A stretch of 64,000 nucleotides of DNA, from positions 804 to 64,803 of the forward strand of contig CADBEI010000007.1 of the NCBI GenBank assembly GCA_902793695.1, read 5' to 3'. The position numbers were made by a program, and so were the translations under genes. A model generated the notes under the pieces. The model saw only the letters and a list, made by a program, of their open reading frames with translations, made no database searches and was not told the DNA's origin. Each line of letters begins with the position of its first letter. Position 1 is the first letter of the stretch. Source of the DNA: an uncultured Pseudomonadota bacterium (lineage in GTDB: Bacteria > Pseudomonadota > Alphaproteobacteria > RF32 > CAG-239). Positions 55,742-64,000 of this stretch are shown here, one piece after another.

Positions 55742-56914
55742 GTGTTTATTAAAGCACCGGAAAACATCAAATACATTTTTTCGACCATCAAAAGTTCGTT
55801 TTTGCCGGCCGTGGTGCTGTTTATCGGCTTGATTTCTTTTTATGCGCAAAATCCCTATGAAGACGGCATCGCTTCCGTATTACACTATTTATTCTTTCTG
55901 ATTGCAGCTATAAACATAGCCTTATTGTGGTTTTCCAATCAATCCAAGCCGCTGTTCAGCCTGTTGATCGGAGTCGTCTGCTACATTATCATTAATCAGC
56001 TGAAAATGTCGTACGGCGAGAATTATTTGTCGTCCACGGAGTTTTATTGCCTTTGCTTTATGCTGCCTATTAACTTTATTTTTTTGTATTTTCTGCCGCA
56101 ATCAAAATTGTTTACCGGCCGCAATACTTATTTATTACTCGGTTTGCTGGCACAAGCGGCGCTGTTGTCGCATTTGCATTCCGTGTTTGCTTTTATTCCG
56201 CACATAAACATTACTTTGGAAGCGATGCCTTTGTGGGCCTGTGTGCTTTGGATAGCCCTGCTGACACCTTTGGCGATTAATATCAGTTTTAAGAACACCA
56301 TCGTCAACACCGGTTTGTTCTATGCCGGTGCCGGTCTTTTTATGGGGATTGTCTATTCCGATTCGCCATCGGGATTAACCACGTTTTTCTTGGGATTCGC
56401 TTTAATTTTATTATGCGTAACCGTCTTAAACCTCTATCGCAGTTTTAATTATGACGAACTGGAAAATGTCGGCAGCAAAATCGCCTATATGAATCACGCC
56501 AATTCCAAATTCCCGTTTAAATATACGATTGCGCTGTTCAGTATTGATAACCGCGACAAACTCATCGGTGCCATTGGTGAAACACAATGCAAGGCACTCG
56601 ATCAAATGGTGGTAAACCGTATTTTGGAGATGCCGTATAATTTCAGCATTTATCGCTATAATGAGGCGGAACTGATTTTGGTGTTCAAAAATGAAGATGC
56701 CCGCCACGTCAAGGAATTTGCCGACAACATTCGTCGCAATATTGCGGCGGCGGAATTTATCTTTGCTTCACGCAAAAGTGTCAAAATCACCATTTCCGTA
56801 TGTGTTTCGGAAAAAACCCGCAAAGATTTGGATGCCGCCGAAGTTACCGAGCGCACCCACAACGCTTTGCAGAAAAACCATCGTTTCAACTGCAATATCA
56901 TTACTGTTGTTTAA
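55742..56914 (+). CDS. Polytopic membrane protein with C-terminal degenerate GGDEF-like domain
   Basis: GTG start after an aggag RBS. The protein has about 8 TM helices. The C-terminal IALFSIDNRDKL...IYRYNEAELILVF follows the GGDEF-domain layout, but GGDEF reads YNEAE. Confidence 0.45.
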   Translation: MFIKAPENIKYIFSTIKSSFLPAVVLFIGLISFYAQNPYEDGIASVLHYLFFLIAAINIALLWFSNQSKPLFSLLIGVVCYIIINQLKMSYGENYLSSTEFYCLCFMLPINFIFLYFLPQSKLFTGRNTYLLLGLLAQAALLSHLHSVFAFIPHINITLEAMPLWACVLWIALLTPLAINISFKNTIVNTGLFYAGAGLFMGIVYSDSPSGLTTFFLGFALILLCVTVLNLYRSFNYDELENVGSKIAYMNHANSKFPFKYTIALFSIDNRDKLIGAIGETQCKALDQMVVNRILEMPYNFSIYRYNEAELILVFKNEDARHVKEFADNIRRNIAAAEFIFASRKSVKITISVCVSEKTRKDLDAAEVTERTHNALQKNHRFNCNIITVV

Positions 56915-57714
56915 TTTTTAGCGGCAGAATGCAAAAAACATCGTCCGCATAGCCACAATCCCAATAACGTAATCGGGACGGAGAGCCATTGTCCCATCGT
57001 CATTCCAAGCCATAAAAAGCCGAGTTGAGCATCAGGTTCACGGAATTGTTCAACCGCCAGACGACACAAAGCGTATCCCAATAAAAATGCGCCGGAAATA
57101 AAGCCTGTATTCTCGCGGCACCACTTATTGCGCCACATTAAATTAAGTACGATAAACAGGCAAATCCCCTCCAGACAAGCCTCATAAATCTGTGACGGAT
57201 GCCGCGGCAAATATCCGCCGCGTGGAAAACGCACCGCCCACGCCACATCAGTAACGCGCCCCCATAACTCATCATTTATAAAATTGGCCAACCGACCGAA
57301 GAATATACCAATCGGCACCACCGGTGCCACTAAATCGGTCAGTTTCAAAAACGGGTATTTTATCATTTTTGCAAAAATCAACAAGGCGACGATTACTCCG
57401 ATTATGCCGCCATGGAAAGACATTCCGCCGTGCCATATAGCCAACATCTCCAGCGGATTCTGCCAATATTGTGCCCCGCCGTAAAACAAAATATAGCCGA
57501 TTCTCCCGCCGAGAATAATCCCGAGCGTTACGGCAAATGCCGCATCTTCGCAATTTTGTTTTGTCAGCCCGAGATTATATTTTTTAATTCTGGCGGAAGC
57601 TAACCACCACCCGAACAAAATACCGAACAAATATGCCATGGAATACCACCTGACCGCTATCGGCCCGATTGAAAAAAATATCGGTGATATTTCCGGATAC
57701 GCCAAACCAACCAT
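56911..57714 (-). CDS. lgt: Prolipoprotein diacylglyceryl transferase
   Basis: SIGPIAVRWYSMAYL, HGGMSFHGG and GRLANFINDELWGR motifs are present. Confidence 0.9.
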   Translation of the reverse strand: MVGLAYPEISPIFFSIGPIAVRWYSMAYLFGILFGWWLASARIKKYNLGLTKQNCEDAAFAVTLGIILGGRIGYILFYGGAQYWQNPLEMLAIWHGGMSFHGGIIGVIVALLIFAKMIKYPFLKLTDLVAPVVPIGIFFGRLANFINDELWGRVTDVAWAVRFPRGGYLPRHPSQIYEACLEGICLFIVLNLMWRNKWCRENTGFISGAFLLGYALCRLAVEQFREPDAQLGFLWLGMTMGQWLSVPITLLGLWLCGRCFLHSAAKN

Positions 57715-57949
57715 TTTGTCCCCCTTATAACGAATTGCTTAAAAGTATATTAAGAAAAAACAGATAATCCACATATAAAAAATTATTATAAACACCTTTG
57801 TTTTTAACCATCTGAAAAAACACGTTTTTTTCTGGTGATACTAAAAAAAAATTTTTTTATGTGCAAAAAAAGAAAAAGTTAACGTTAAAAATTGAATTTT
57901 ATCGAAAAAATATGTCATCATTAGTTTAATCAATGACAGGAAAAAGTAA

Positions 57950-58426
57950 ATGCTGGCGGAAAATTTATATAACTTCAACCCTATCGATGATATCGAATAC
58001 CTGTTTGCCGAGCGGCAACATTCCACCGAACGCCGCAACAATCACGAGGTTGTGGTGGAAATCAGCGGCAAATGGGATAATATGCTGCTCTTCTTCGCTT
58101 GGGAAGAACAAATGCACTGTCTGCACATCTCCTGTATGATTAATATTGAGCCTGAAAATGTCTGTCTGCCGAGTATTTTCGAGCTTTTGGCTCTGCTTAA
58201 CGAAGACCTCTGGGTGGGTTATTTTTCCTATTGGGAAGAAGTCGGAATGCCTATTTTCAAGCATTCTGTCATCATTGATGAAAAAGACACCAACATCATT
58301 GTTAAACTGCGACAAATCCTTAATATTGCCATTACCGAATGTGAGCGCGCTTATCCGGTATTTCACGCCGTATTCAAGCAAAATATCAGCCCGCGCAAAG
58401 CGCTTATACCTGCTGTTCTGATGTAA
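57950..58426 (+). CDS. YbjN-domain protein
   Basis: The pattern GKWDNMLLFFAWEEQMHCLHISC...LLALLNEDLWVGYFSYWEE is typical of alphaproteobacterial YbjN-like proteins. The antisense 155-aa ORF was rejected. Confidence 0.65.
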   Translation: MLAENLYNFNPIDDIEYLFAERQHSTERRNNHEVVVEISGKWDNMLLFFAWEEQMHCLHISCMINIEPENVCLPSIFELLALLNEDLWVGYFSYWEEVGMPIFKHSVIIDEKDTNIIVKLRQILNIAITECERAYPVFHAVFKQNISPRKALIPAVLM

Positions 58427-59165
58427 TCTCACGCCATTTTATCAGGCATTCAGCCAATTCATCTCCGCTTTTTTCATCGCGAATAACGTGGATACTTTCC
58501 GATTCGTTTTGCTTGGTTTCCACTTTAACTTTTTCACCGAAAAGCGCTTCTTTTTTAAAGTTCAATTCAATCTCAATCGGCAAGTGCGAAATACGGTATT
58601 TGCTGTCCAAACTCTCGCTGGCCCATACCGGATACACTGCATTGTTAACGTGATTATTAACGTCGATATCGTCGAAACGCACCGCAAATTCTGTTACCAA
58701 ATCCGGATTCTCCACTTCCGGCAGTTTATGGAAATCATCGTCCATAACCCGCTCGGACAAACATTTGTACTCCGGAAAATATTTACTCAAAGCCACCGGC
58801 CGCCGCCGTTCATAATCTATCAGCACCCATTGGCTCGAGGCACATGCAATCACTTCATTGTTTTTGTTTTTAATGTTAAAATTGCGAATCGCGCCCCAAA
58901 GTTTAGCTTCCGCCGGCCACGTTTCAATCACAAAATGTTCGTCAATCCGCGGCAACCTCTTAATCTTTATCAGATAATTGGAACCCACCCAAGTCAAATT
59001 GTGTTCGTGACACTGGGCAAATCCCAACCCCAACAAATCGGCATTTTCGCAGGCAATATCCTGTAAAATATTCATCAAAGTCAAAATACGCAAAAAACCG
59101 TGACAATCCGCCTCATAACTTTTGACGGTATATTCTTTTGTATACTTGGTAATTTGCTGTGACAT
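58404..59165 (-). CDS. Acyl-ACP thioesterase family protein
   Basis: It has a double hotdog layout. The N-terminal YTVKSYEADCHGFLRILTLMNILQD and the second-half FAVRFDDIDVNNHVNN are present. Confidence 0.8.
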   Translation of the reverse strand: MSQQITKYTKEYTVKSYEADCHGFLRILTLMNILQDIACENADLLGLGFAQCHEHNLTWVGSNYLIKIKRLPRIDEHFVIETWPAEAKLWGAIRNFNIKNKNNEVIACASSQWVLIDYERRRPVALSKYFPEYKCLSERVMDDDFHKLPEVENPDLVTEFAVRFDDIDVNNHVNNAVYPVWASESLDSKYRISHLPIEIELNFKKEALFGEKVKVETKQNESESIHVIRDEKSGDELAECLIKWREITSEQQV

Positions 59166-59170
59166 TGTGC

Positions 59171-59779
59171 TTAAAACAATTCTTTACCGGAAGACAAACC
59201 GGCCACTTTATATGCTTCAAATCTGCGGCTCAACCGATTTGCATAAAGCGCACCCTCGGTGGAATTACCCGAATGATAACTTTTGGCGGCTTTTTCCCAG
59301 TTATTACCATTGCGCGAATAAAGCGTGCGCAAAAACTTGGCGCTGTAACTCACATTCTGCTGCGGATCCATTGCATCTTCGAGCGAAGAAAATGCCTTGC
59401 CGTGAAACTTCATATTTATCTGCATACAACCGACATCGATGCTCGTAACTCCGCTGGCAATAAATTTTTTTGCGGCGGCGATTGCTTCTTCTTTTGTCTT
59501 GAAATAATAACCGCGCCCCTTGGCATTCACGGTCCACGGCCATGCCACATAAGCATTATGAAATTCATTCCACACACCGCTCTCTACTGCAGCTATGGTT
59601 TGAAGTAAATCAAAATTCACTCCGTAATCGGCACTTGCTTCTTTGGCAGCCGCCAAACAAAGAGAGCTGTCCGAAGCCCGCTCTTTAGCCGATAATATTT
59701 CAGTATCTTCATTAGCATAAATTGCTCCGCTGACTAAAACGCAGACACTGAACAATAAAATTGCAAACTTGTTTAACAC
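59171..59779 (-). CDS. Lytic transglycosylase (SLT domain), secreted
   Basis: The protein has a signal peptide, the catalytic AAVESG, and GCMQIN. Confidence 0.75.
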   Translation of the reverse strand: MLNKFAILLFSVCVLVSGAIYANEDTEILSAKERASDSSLCLAAAKEASADYGVNFDLLQTIAAVESGVWNEFHNAYVAWPWTVNAKGRGYYFKTKEEAIAAAKKFIASGVTSIDVGCMQINMKFHGKAFSSLEDAMDPQQNVSYSAKFLRTLYSRNGNNWEKAAKSYHSGNSTEGALYANRLSRRFEAYKVAGLSSGKELF

Positions 59780-60105
59780 GATGACGTGTCATCCCATAAA
59801 TCTGCCTGCCGCCAAACACGCTTCCCGACCTTTAAGAATTTCAGCCTGTTTTTACAACTCAATGCCGACAGCACCGACAGTATTAACCCTCTTAACCGTT
59901 CATTAAAAAAGATTAACAAACCGTTAAACAAGAGTCATATATCATGCCTTTTTTTAAAAATCCAGTAAAAAACGTCTTTTATCCGTATTTTTATGCCACA
60001 AATCAAGATAAGTCATTGTTTTATATTGATTTTATTTTAGAAATAAATACTGTTTTTTATGTTTTTGACGCATAATTTTCTATTCGTGCACCATAAAATT
60101 CTATC

Positions 60106-60133
60106 TTGAAATTTTTAAAAGAATCTATATATT
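60106..60133 (+). promoter_or_regulatory. Sigma70-like promoter candidate for ssrA
   Basis: TTGAAA, a 16-nt spacer and TATATT lie just upstream of the tmRNA precursor. Confidence 0.35.
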
Positions 60134-60140
60134 ATAAAGC

Positions 60141-60444
60141 GTCAGGCAACTGACTGTGACACCAGAGGCCTTATGAAATAGGTACGTCGGACCCGAGGGC
60201 AGTACTCGGCACCTCCACCATTTATGGGGGTGAAACAGGATTGACGGTGTATAGTAAAGATATGTGTTGTGTCCGGTGAGATACCACCGTTATCGGTTCA
60301 AATTAAATAAACGCAAATGATAATTTTGCACCTGTTGCCGTTGCTGCGTAATGCGGTAAATGCAACAAATTTCAATTCTTTGAGCTTTGGTTAGCTTAAA
60401 GTGGGGAGTGAGCCGCCCAGCAACAGAACGGCTCGTTTGATTTT
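60141..60444 (+). ncRNA. ssrA: Two-piece (circularly permuted) tmRNA precursor; boundaries approximate
   Basis: The acceptor piece ends ...CCGAGggcagtaCTCGGCACCTCCACCA at 60220. The coding piece starts GGGGGTGAAACAGGATTGACGG at 60226 and gives a G3:U70 pair with the 3' strand. The tag ORF gca aat gat aat ttt gca cct gtt gcc gtt gct gcg taa encodes ANDNFAPVAVAA (60313..60351). A terminal hairpin plus T-tract lies at 60410..60444. Confidence 0.85.
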
Positions 60445-60458
60445 ATTAAGAGGAAAAA

Positions 60459-60923
60459 ATGGTAGACTTTATTACGGAATTCAATTACGACGAATTGGTG
60501 GAAAAATCTTTGCGCAACGTAATTTATTACGCGCTGAAAGTGGTGGAAGAACAGGGCTTGCCGGGGGAAAACCACTTTTATATTACTTTTCACACTGATT
60601 TTCGCGGAGTCGTTCTTTCCAAAAACCTGAAAATTCAGTATCCGGATACTATGACCATTGTTTTGCAAAATCAATTTGATAATTTAGTGGTGCGCCACAA
60701 CAGTTTCTCGGTAGATTTAAGTTTCGGCGGTGTTCCGCAAACCATTACCATTCCTTATGATGCCATCACTTATTTTGCCGACCCGTATGCCAAATTCGGT
60801 TTAAGTTTTGAGCACGACGATCTTGATGCCCTCAGTGCCTCGGAAGCCGATGATGATAACAATCAGCGCCAAGCAAGCAACGCCGAAGTTATTTCCATTG
60901 ATAATTGGCGCAAAAAATCATGA
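60459..60923 (+). CDS. sspB: ClpXP adaptor SspB (alphaproteobacterial type)
   Basis: FNYDELVEKSLRNVIYYALKVVEEQGLPGENHFYITF... and an acidic C-terminal tail ending in a ClpX-binding-like peptide. It lies immediately downstream of ssrA. Confidence 0.8.
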   Translation: MVDFITEFNYDELVEKSLRNVIYYALKVVEEQGLPGENHFYITFHTDFRGVVLSKNLKIQYPDTMTIVLQNQFDNLVVRHNSFSVDLSFGGVPQTITIPYDAITYFADPYAKFGLSFEHDDLDALSASEADDDNNQRQASNAEVISIDNWRKKS

Positions 60924-61141
60924 TAAAAATTTCCGTTTTAATTGCCGGCAGACACGCTACCAGCATCAGTTTGGAAGAAGAATTCTATGAAGAATTTTTA
61001 AATATCGCGGCTGAAATGAAAATGAGCCGCAACCAGTTAATTACGCATATCGACCGTGCACGCAATTCCGAAAATCTTTCCAGCGCCGTGCGTTTGTTTG
61101 TCTTGCAATATTATAAAGAAAAATCAGCTGCGCCAAAATGA
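60920..61141 (+). CDS. Ribbon-helix-helix domain protein (RHH_4-like)
   Basis: GRHATSISLEEEFYEEFLNIAAEMKMSRNQLITHID..NLSSAVRLFVL. The ATGA overlap links it to the sspB stop. Confidence 0.55.
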   Translation: MIKISVLIAGRHATSISLEEEFYEEFLNIAAEMKMSRNQLITHIDRARNSENLSSAVRLFVLQYYKEKSAAPK

Positions 61142-62560
61142 TTTGGTGCAAACCACCAAAATGGTAATAATCTCCAAACGCCCGAGCAACATGGTAAAAC
61201 ACAATATTGATTTTACCGTGTGCGAGAAAAAGGCGTAGTTTCCTTCCGGCCCGATAATATCGATTGCCCCCACTCCCACATTGGTAATACACGCCGTGAC
61301 CGCCGCCAGCGAAGTCCTGAAATCAAGTCCGCAGAAGCTGACAATAACTGTCAATCCCAATAATGAAATCATAAAAGCAAACACATACACAAAAACCGAC
61401 ATAGTGGCGCGTTCCGGCATATTTATATCACCTATTTTCATTAATGTTACCCGATTCGGTTCCACTGCCGAAATCGTATATTTACGCAAAAATGCATAAA
61501 TCACCTGCCAGCGAAAAATCTTAATCGAACCGGTAGTCGAACCGGTACATCCGCCGGAAAGCGACAGCAACAAAATCACCGCCGGCACCCACGGTCCCCA
61601 TGTCGTGTAATCACAAGAAGACAAACCGGTTGTCGTTGTAATCGCAATCACGGTAAAAAAGCCGTAACGCAGTGCATACCACAGTGAATAATCCGACATC
61701 AGATACATATATCCGCTCAAAATAACGCCAATAAAAAACACCGATTTCAAAAACACTCTGACTTGCCGATTGCGGTCAGACGACGTGCGACGATACAATA
61801 ATATATAAAAGGTCATCGGCAGTGCACCCACTAACATAAACAGCATAATTACCAACTCTATCGGAAAACTGTTAAACGACGCCACCGAATGATTCATGGA
61901 AGAAAAACCGCCGGTGCCGATGGCCGACATAGCGTGATTAATCGCGTTGAACACATCCATTCCGCATAAATACAGTGCCCCTACCGCCAACAGCATCAAA
62001 AACAGATATACCGACACAATTCGCTTCGCTATATAGCTGAATTTAGGCATAAATTTATCATTTGAATCCGAATTTTCGTGCTGAAATATCTGCATACCGC
62101 CGATGCCCAAAAACGGCAGCAGCGCCACGGCGAAAATCACAATTCCCAAGCCGCCGATATAATTCAAAAGCGAACGCCACAACAACACCGAATGCGGTTG
62201 ACTCTCCACATCACCCATAATAGTGGCACCGGTTCCGGTAATTCCCGAAGTTGCCTCAAAAACGGCATCAACCACGCTGTCAACGCTGTGATGCAGCCAA
62301 AAAGGTATTGCCGAAAACAAACACACGGAAACCCAACAAACGACCGTTATTAAATAACCTTGTTTTAGGTTAATCCTTTCAATCTTGGCATAGTTTGATA
62401 AAAACAGCGAAAAACCGAAAAAAACCGAAATCAAAGCCGAACTCAAAAAAGGCGACCAATCAGCGGCACCGGCAGTTATATCCATTCCGGCCGGAATAAG
62501 CATAATCAATCCCAAAACCCCCAGAACGTAACCGCTTATCATTAAAACCGGTTGCCACAT
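61124..62560 (-). CDS. trkH: Trk-type potassium uptake protein TrkH
   Basis: It is a polytopic protein with repeated selectivity-filter-like segments (TGTGAT, IGTGGFS, GCTGSTTGSIK). Confidence 0.9.
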   Translation of the reverse strand: MWQPVLMISGYVLGVLGLIMLIPAGMDITAGAADWSPFLSSALISVFFGFSLFLSNYAKIERINLKQGYLITVVCWVSVCLFSAIPFWLHHSVDSVVDAVFEATSGITGTGATIMGDVESQPHSVLLWRSLLNYIGGLGIVIFAVALLPFLGIGGMQIFQHENSDSNDKFMPKFSYIAKRIVSVYLFLMLLAVGALYLCGMDVFNAINHAMSAIGTGGFSSMNHSVASFNSFPIELVIMLFMLVGALPMTFYILLYRRTSSDRNRQVRVFLKSVFFIGVILSGYMYLMSDYSLWYALRYGFFTVIAITTTTGLSSCDYTTWGPWVPAVILLLSLSGGCTGSTTGSIKIFRWQVIYAFLRKYTISAVEPNRVTLMKIGDINMPERATMSVFVYVFAFMISLLGLTVIVSFCGLDFRTSLAAVTACITNVGVGAIDIIGPEGNYAFFSHTVKSILCFTMLLGRLEIITILVVCTKSFWRS

Positions 62561-62574
62561 TTTATTTCTCCGCT

Positions 62575-63591
62575 TTACTTAAGTGCGATGTTTTGAGCCA
62601 GATTGCGCTGCACCATAGCCTTATTGATGAAAGTTCCTTCAATAAAGCACAAAGCGGTAGCCGCTCGAGTTTGCGCAGCATAGGCGACGATTTCGCAACG
62701 CACCAACTTTTTAGCCGTTAAATCTGCCAAATATGCCTTCGCCGCAGCATAATCATATTCCTTCCGGTCGGTGTAAATGCCATACAAAAACACAAATGTG
62801 TCATCAACATACAAACTGTTTGGACCGACAATTTCGGCTGCACCGTATAAAACTTCCGGTTTTTGCAGATAAACCAAGCCGCGATTTTCCGCAACTTCAT
62901 AATAATCGGCCAGCTCACCGCCATAAAAATCATCTTTGGTCGGTGTTTTGACTTTTTCGATTTTCTTAGGCTTTTCGATCAACGGCTCTTCCTGTTTATT
63001 TTCGGCAAGCACTTCCGCCGTCGTAATCAACACTTCTTCTGCTTCAGCTTCGGCGATATTTTCTTCTTCCGCCTCAACTTCAGCGATATTTTTTTCCTCA
63101 TCTATATGAGCTTTTTCAAAGCGCGGCTTGGACGCTGTTTTTCTCGTACCGGAACGAACAACCGCACCGGAAAATCCGGCAGTAGGCTTATATTTTGCCT
63201 TTTTGAATTCCGGCACATTCCACGCCACAAAATGTTTTCTTTCCGGTTCGGCAACACCTTGTGGCGTATCTCCGTTTTGCGTCGCGATTGCTTCCGATAC
63301 CGTATTTTTGATTTGCTCCACACGTTCGGTTACATTAGAAATAGTCTTTTCTTTGACTTCGGTAATTTTTTCATTGGCAAAAAACGAATCTTTCCAGTTC
63401 GAAATATGACTCAAGCCGATACCGTAATATGAGTGGATTATCAAAAACAACAATCCGACCGCCAACACAACCAGCAAAATCTGCCAAAAGCGGCGTATCG
63501 GAAACGTAATCAACATAACCAAACGATGTATCCACGCCCAAATACCGCTTAAACGCAGTTCGCTCCAATTTCCGATTCCTTTGAATTTCAT
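62575..63591 (-). CDS. Hypothetical membrane-anchored protein with acidic repeat and C-terminal OB/SNase-like region
   Basis: It has an N-terminal TM segment, NIAEVEAEEENIAEAEAEE repeats and a C-terminal LVRCEIVAYAAQ..ALCFIEGTFINKAMVQRNLA pattern. The call is tentative. Confidence 0.4.
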   Translation of the reverse strand: MKFKGIGNWSELRLSGIWAWIHRLVMLITFPIRRFWQILLVVLAVGLLFLIIHSYYGIGLSHISNWKDSFFANEKITEVKEKTISNVTERVEQIKNTVSEAIATQNGDTPQGVAEPERKHFVAWNVPEFKKAKYKPTAGFSGAVVRSGTRKTASKPRFEKAHIDEEKNIAEVEAEEENIAEAEAEEVLITTAEVLAENKQEEPLIEKPKKIEKVKTPTKDDFYGGELADYYEVAENRGLVYLQKPEVLYGAAEIVGPNSLYVDDTFVFLYGIYTDRKEYDYAAAKAYLADLTAKKLVRCEIVAYAAQTRAATALCFIEGTFINKAMVQRNLAQNIALK

Positions 63592-64000
63592 TTATTTCCT
63601 CCGTATTTTTCTTGCAGTTCGGCGGCCTTTTCCGGCGTAATACGCTCAAACAAAGCCTCTCCTGCCTCAAACGGCGTCCCCGACTTCAGTGCCGTAATCT
63701 GTTCGGCCACGTTAAAGTTTTTAAGCGTCGGCATATCTTCCGGTTTCAGCCCGAATTTTGCTAACATTTTTTCCGCGGTCTGCGGCAACAGCGGCGCGCT
63801 CAAAATCGCATAAATTCTCACCAAATTCAGGCACAAACGCAAAATTGTCGCCGCTCGTTTTTCATCTTCCTTAATCACTTGCCACGGCTCGGTTTTGGTA
63901 ATGTAGTTATTGCCCTCAACCCAAATTGCGCGCAATTCCGCCACCGCTTTTCTAAACTCCAACGCGTCCATATATTTGAAATAATCATTGACACGCGCCT
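63588..64000 (-). CDS. metG: Methionyl-tRNA synthetase, C-terminal part (5' end beyond window)
   Basis: The frame is open to the window end. FRKAVAELRAIWVEGNNYITKTEPWQVIKED matches the MetRS anticodon-binding domain. Confidence 0.85.
   Translation of the reverse strand, partial: ARVNDYFKYMDALEFRKAVAELRAIWVEGNNYITKTEPWQVIKEDEKRAATILRLCLNLVRIYAILSAPLLPQTAEKMLAKFGLKPEDMPTLKNFNVAEQITALKSGTPFEAGEALFERITPEKAAELQEKYGGNK

Overview
The window comes from a low-GC alphaproteobacterial chromosome. The evidence is CtrA, GcrA, a circularly permuted two-piece tmRNA with tag ANDNFAPVAVAA, SspB next to ssrA, and mraZ-rsmH-ftsL-ftsI and pal-cpoB clusters. It has two parts. (1) Positions 1 to about 15.4 kb are a visibly more AT-rich integrative island whose left end lies outside the window. 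It carries a tyrosine integrase next to tRNA-Pro(CGG), two serine recombinase genes, a complete Type III restriction-modification pair (Mod + Res), an orphan five-gene operon, a secreted and apparently catalytically dead PBP-transpeptidase-like protein, and a translationally coupled four-gene cluster. That cluster is a DUF2779-type dual nuclease, an ADP-ribosylglycohydrolase, a Fic-fold protein with a degenerate active site, and a 64-aa protein. I consider it the best candidate for an undescribed defence or toxin-antitoxin-like system. The island also holds a Rep-like (HUH) gene with CTAAC iterons. (2) From about 15.4 to 64 kb is core genome: ctrA, rplKA, kdsB, tilS, cpoB-pal, the dcw cluster start, PPIase, an ATP-grasp/7TM-transglutaminase/retropepsin cluster, a porin, gcrA, fabDG, ftsK, rpsD, queA, lgt, ssrA-sspB, trkH and metG. 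AT-rich lineage-specific orphan genes are interspersed among these. The main non-coding signal is a family of roughly 95-101 nt long-hairpin intergenic elements at four loci. Each has conserved outer arms, a conserved GTGTAC...GTACA apex and a different but still complementary middle stem. Each sits immediately 3' of a minus-strand housekeeping gene (rplA, PPIase, fabG, rpsD), and three have tandemly amplified half-elements. Other observations: inverted pseudo-copies of the tRNA-Glu 3' end flanking an HExxH gene, an apparently truncated FtsK gamma domain, a four-box MraZ-type operator with exact 10-bp phasing, and a tandem pair of carrier-protein-like small proteins lacking the Ser attachment site. 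All calls rest on reading the supplied ORF translations and sequence by eye. No database search or folding was run, so family names are motif-based and boundaries of RNA and repeat features are approximate.
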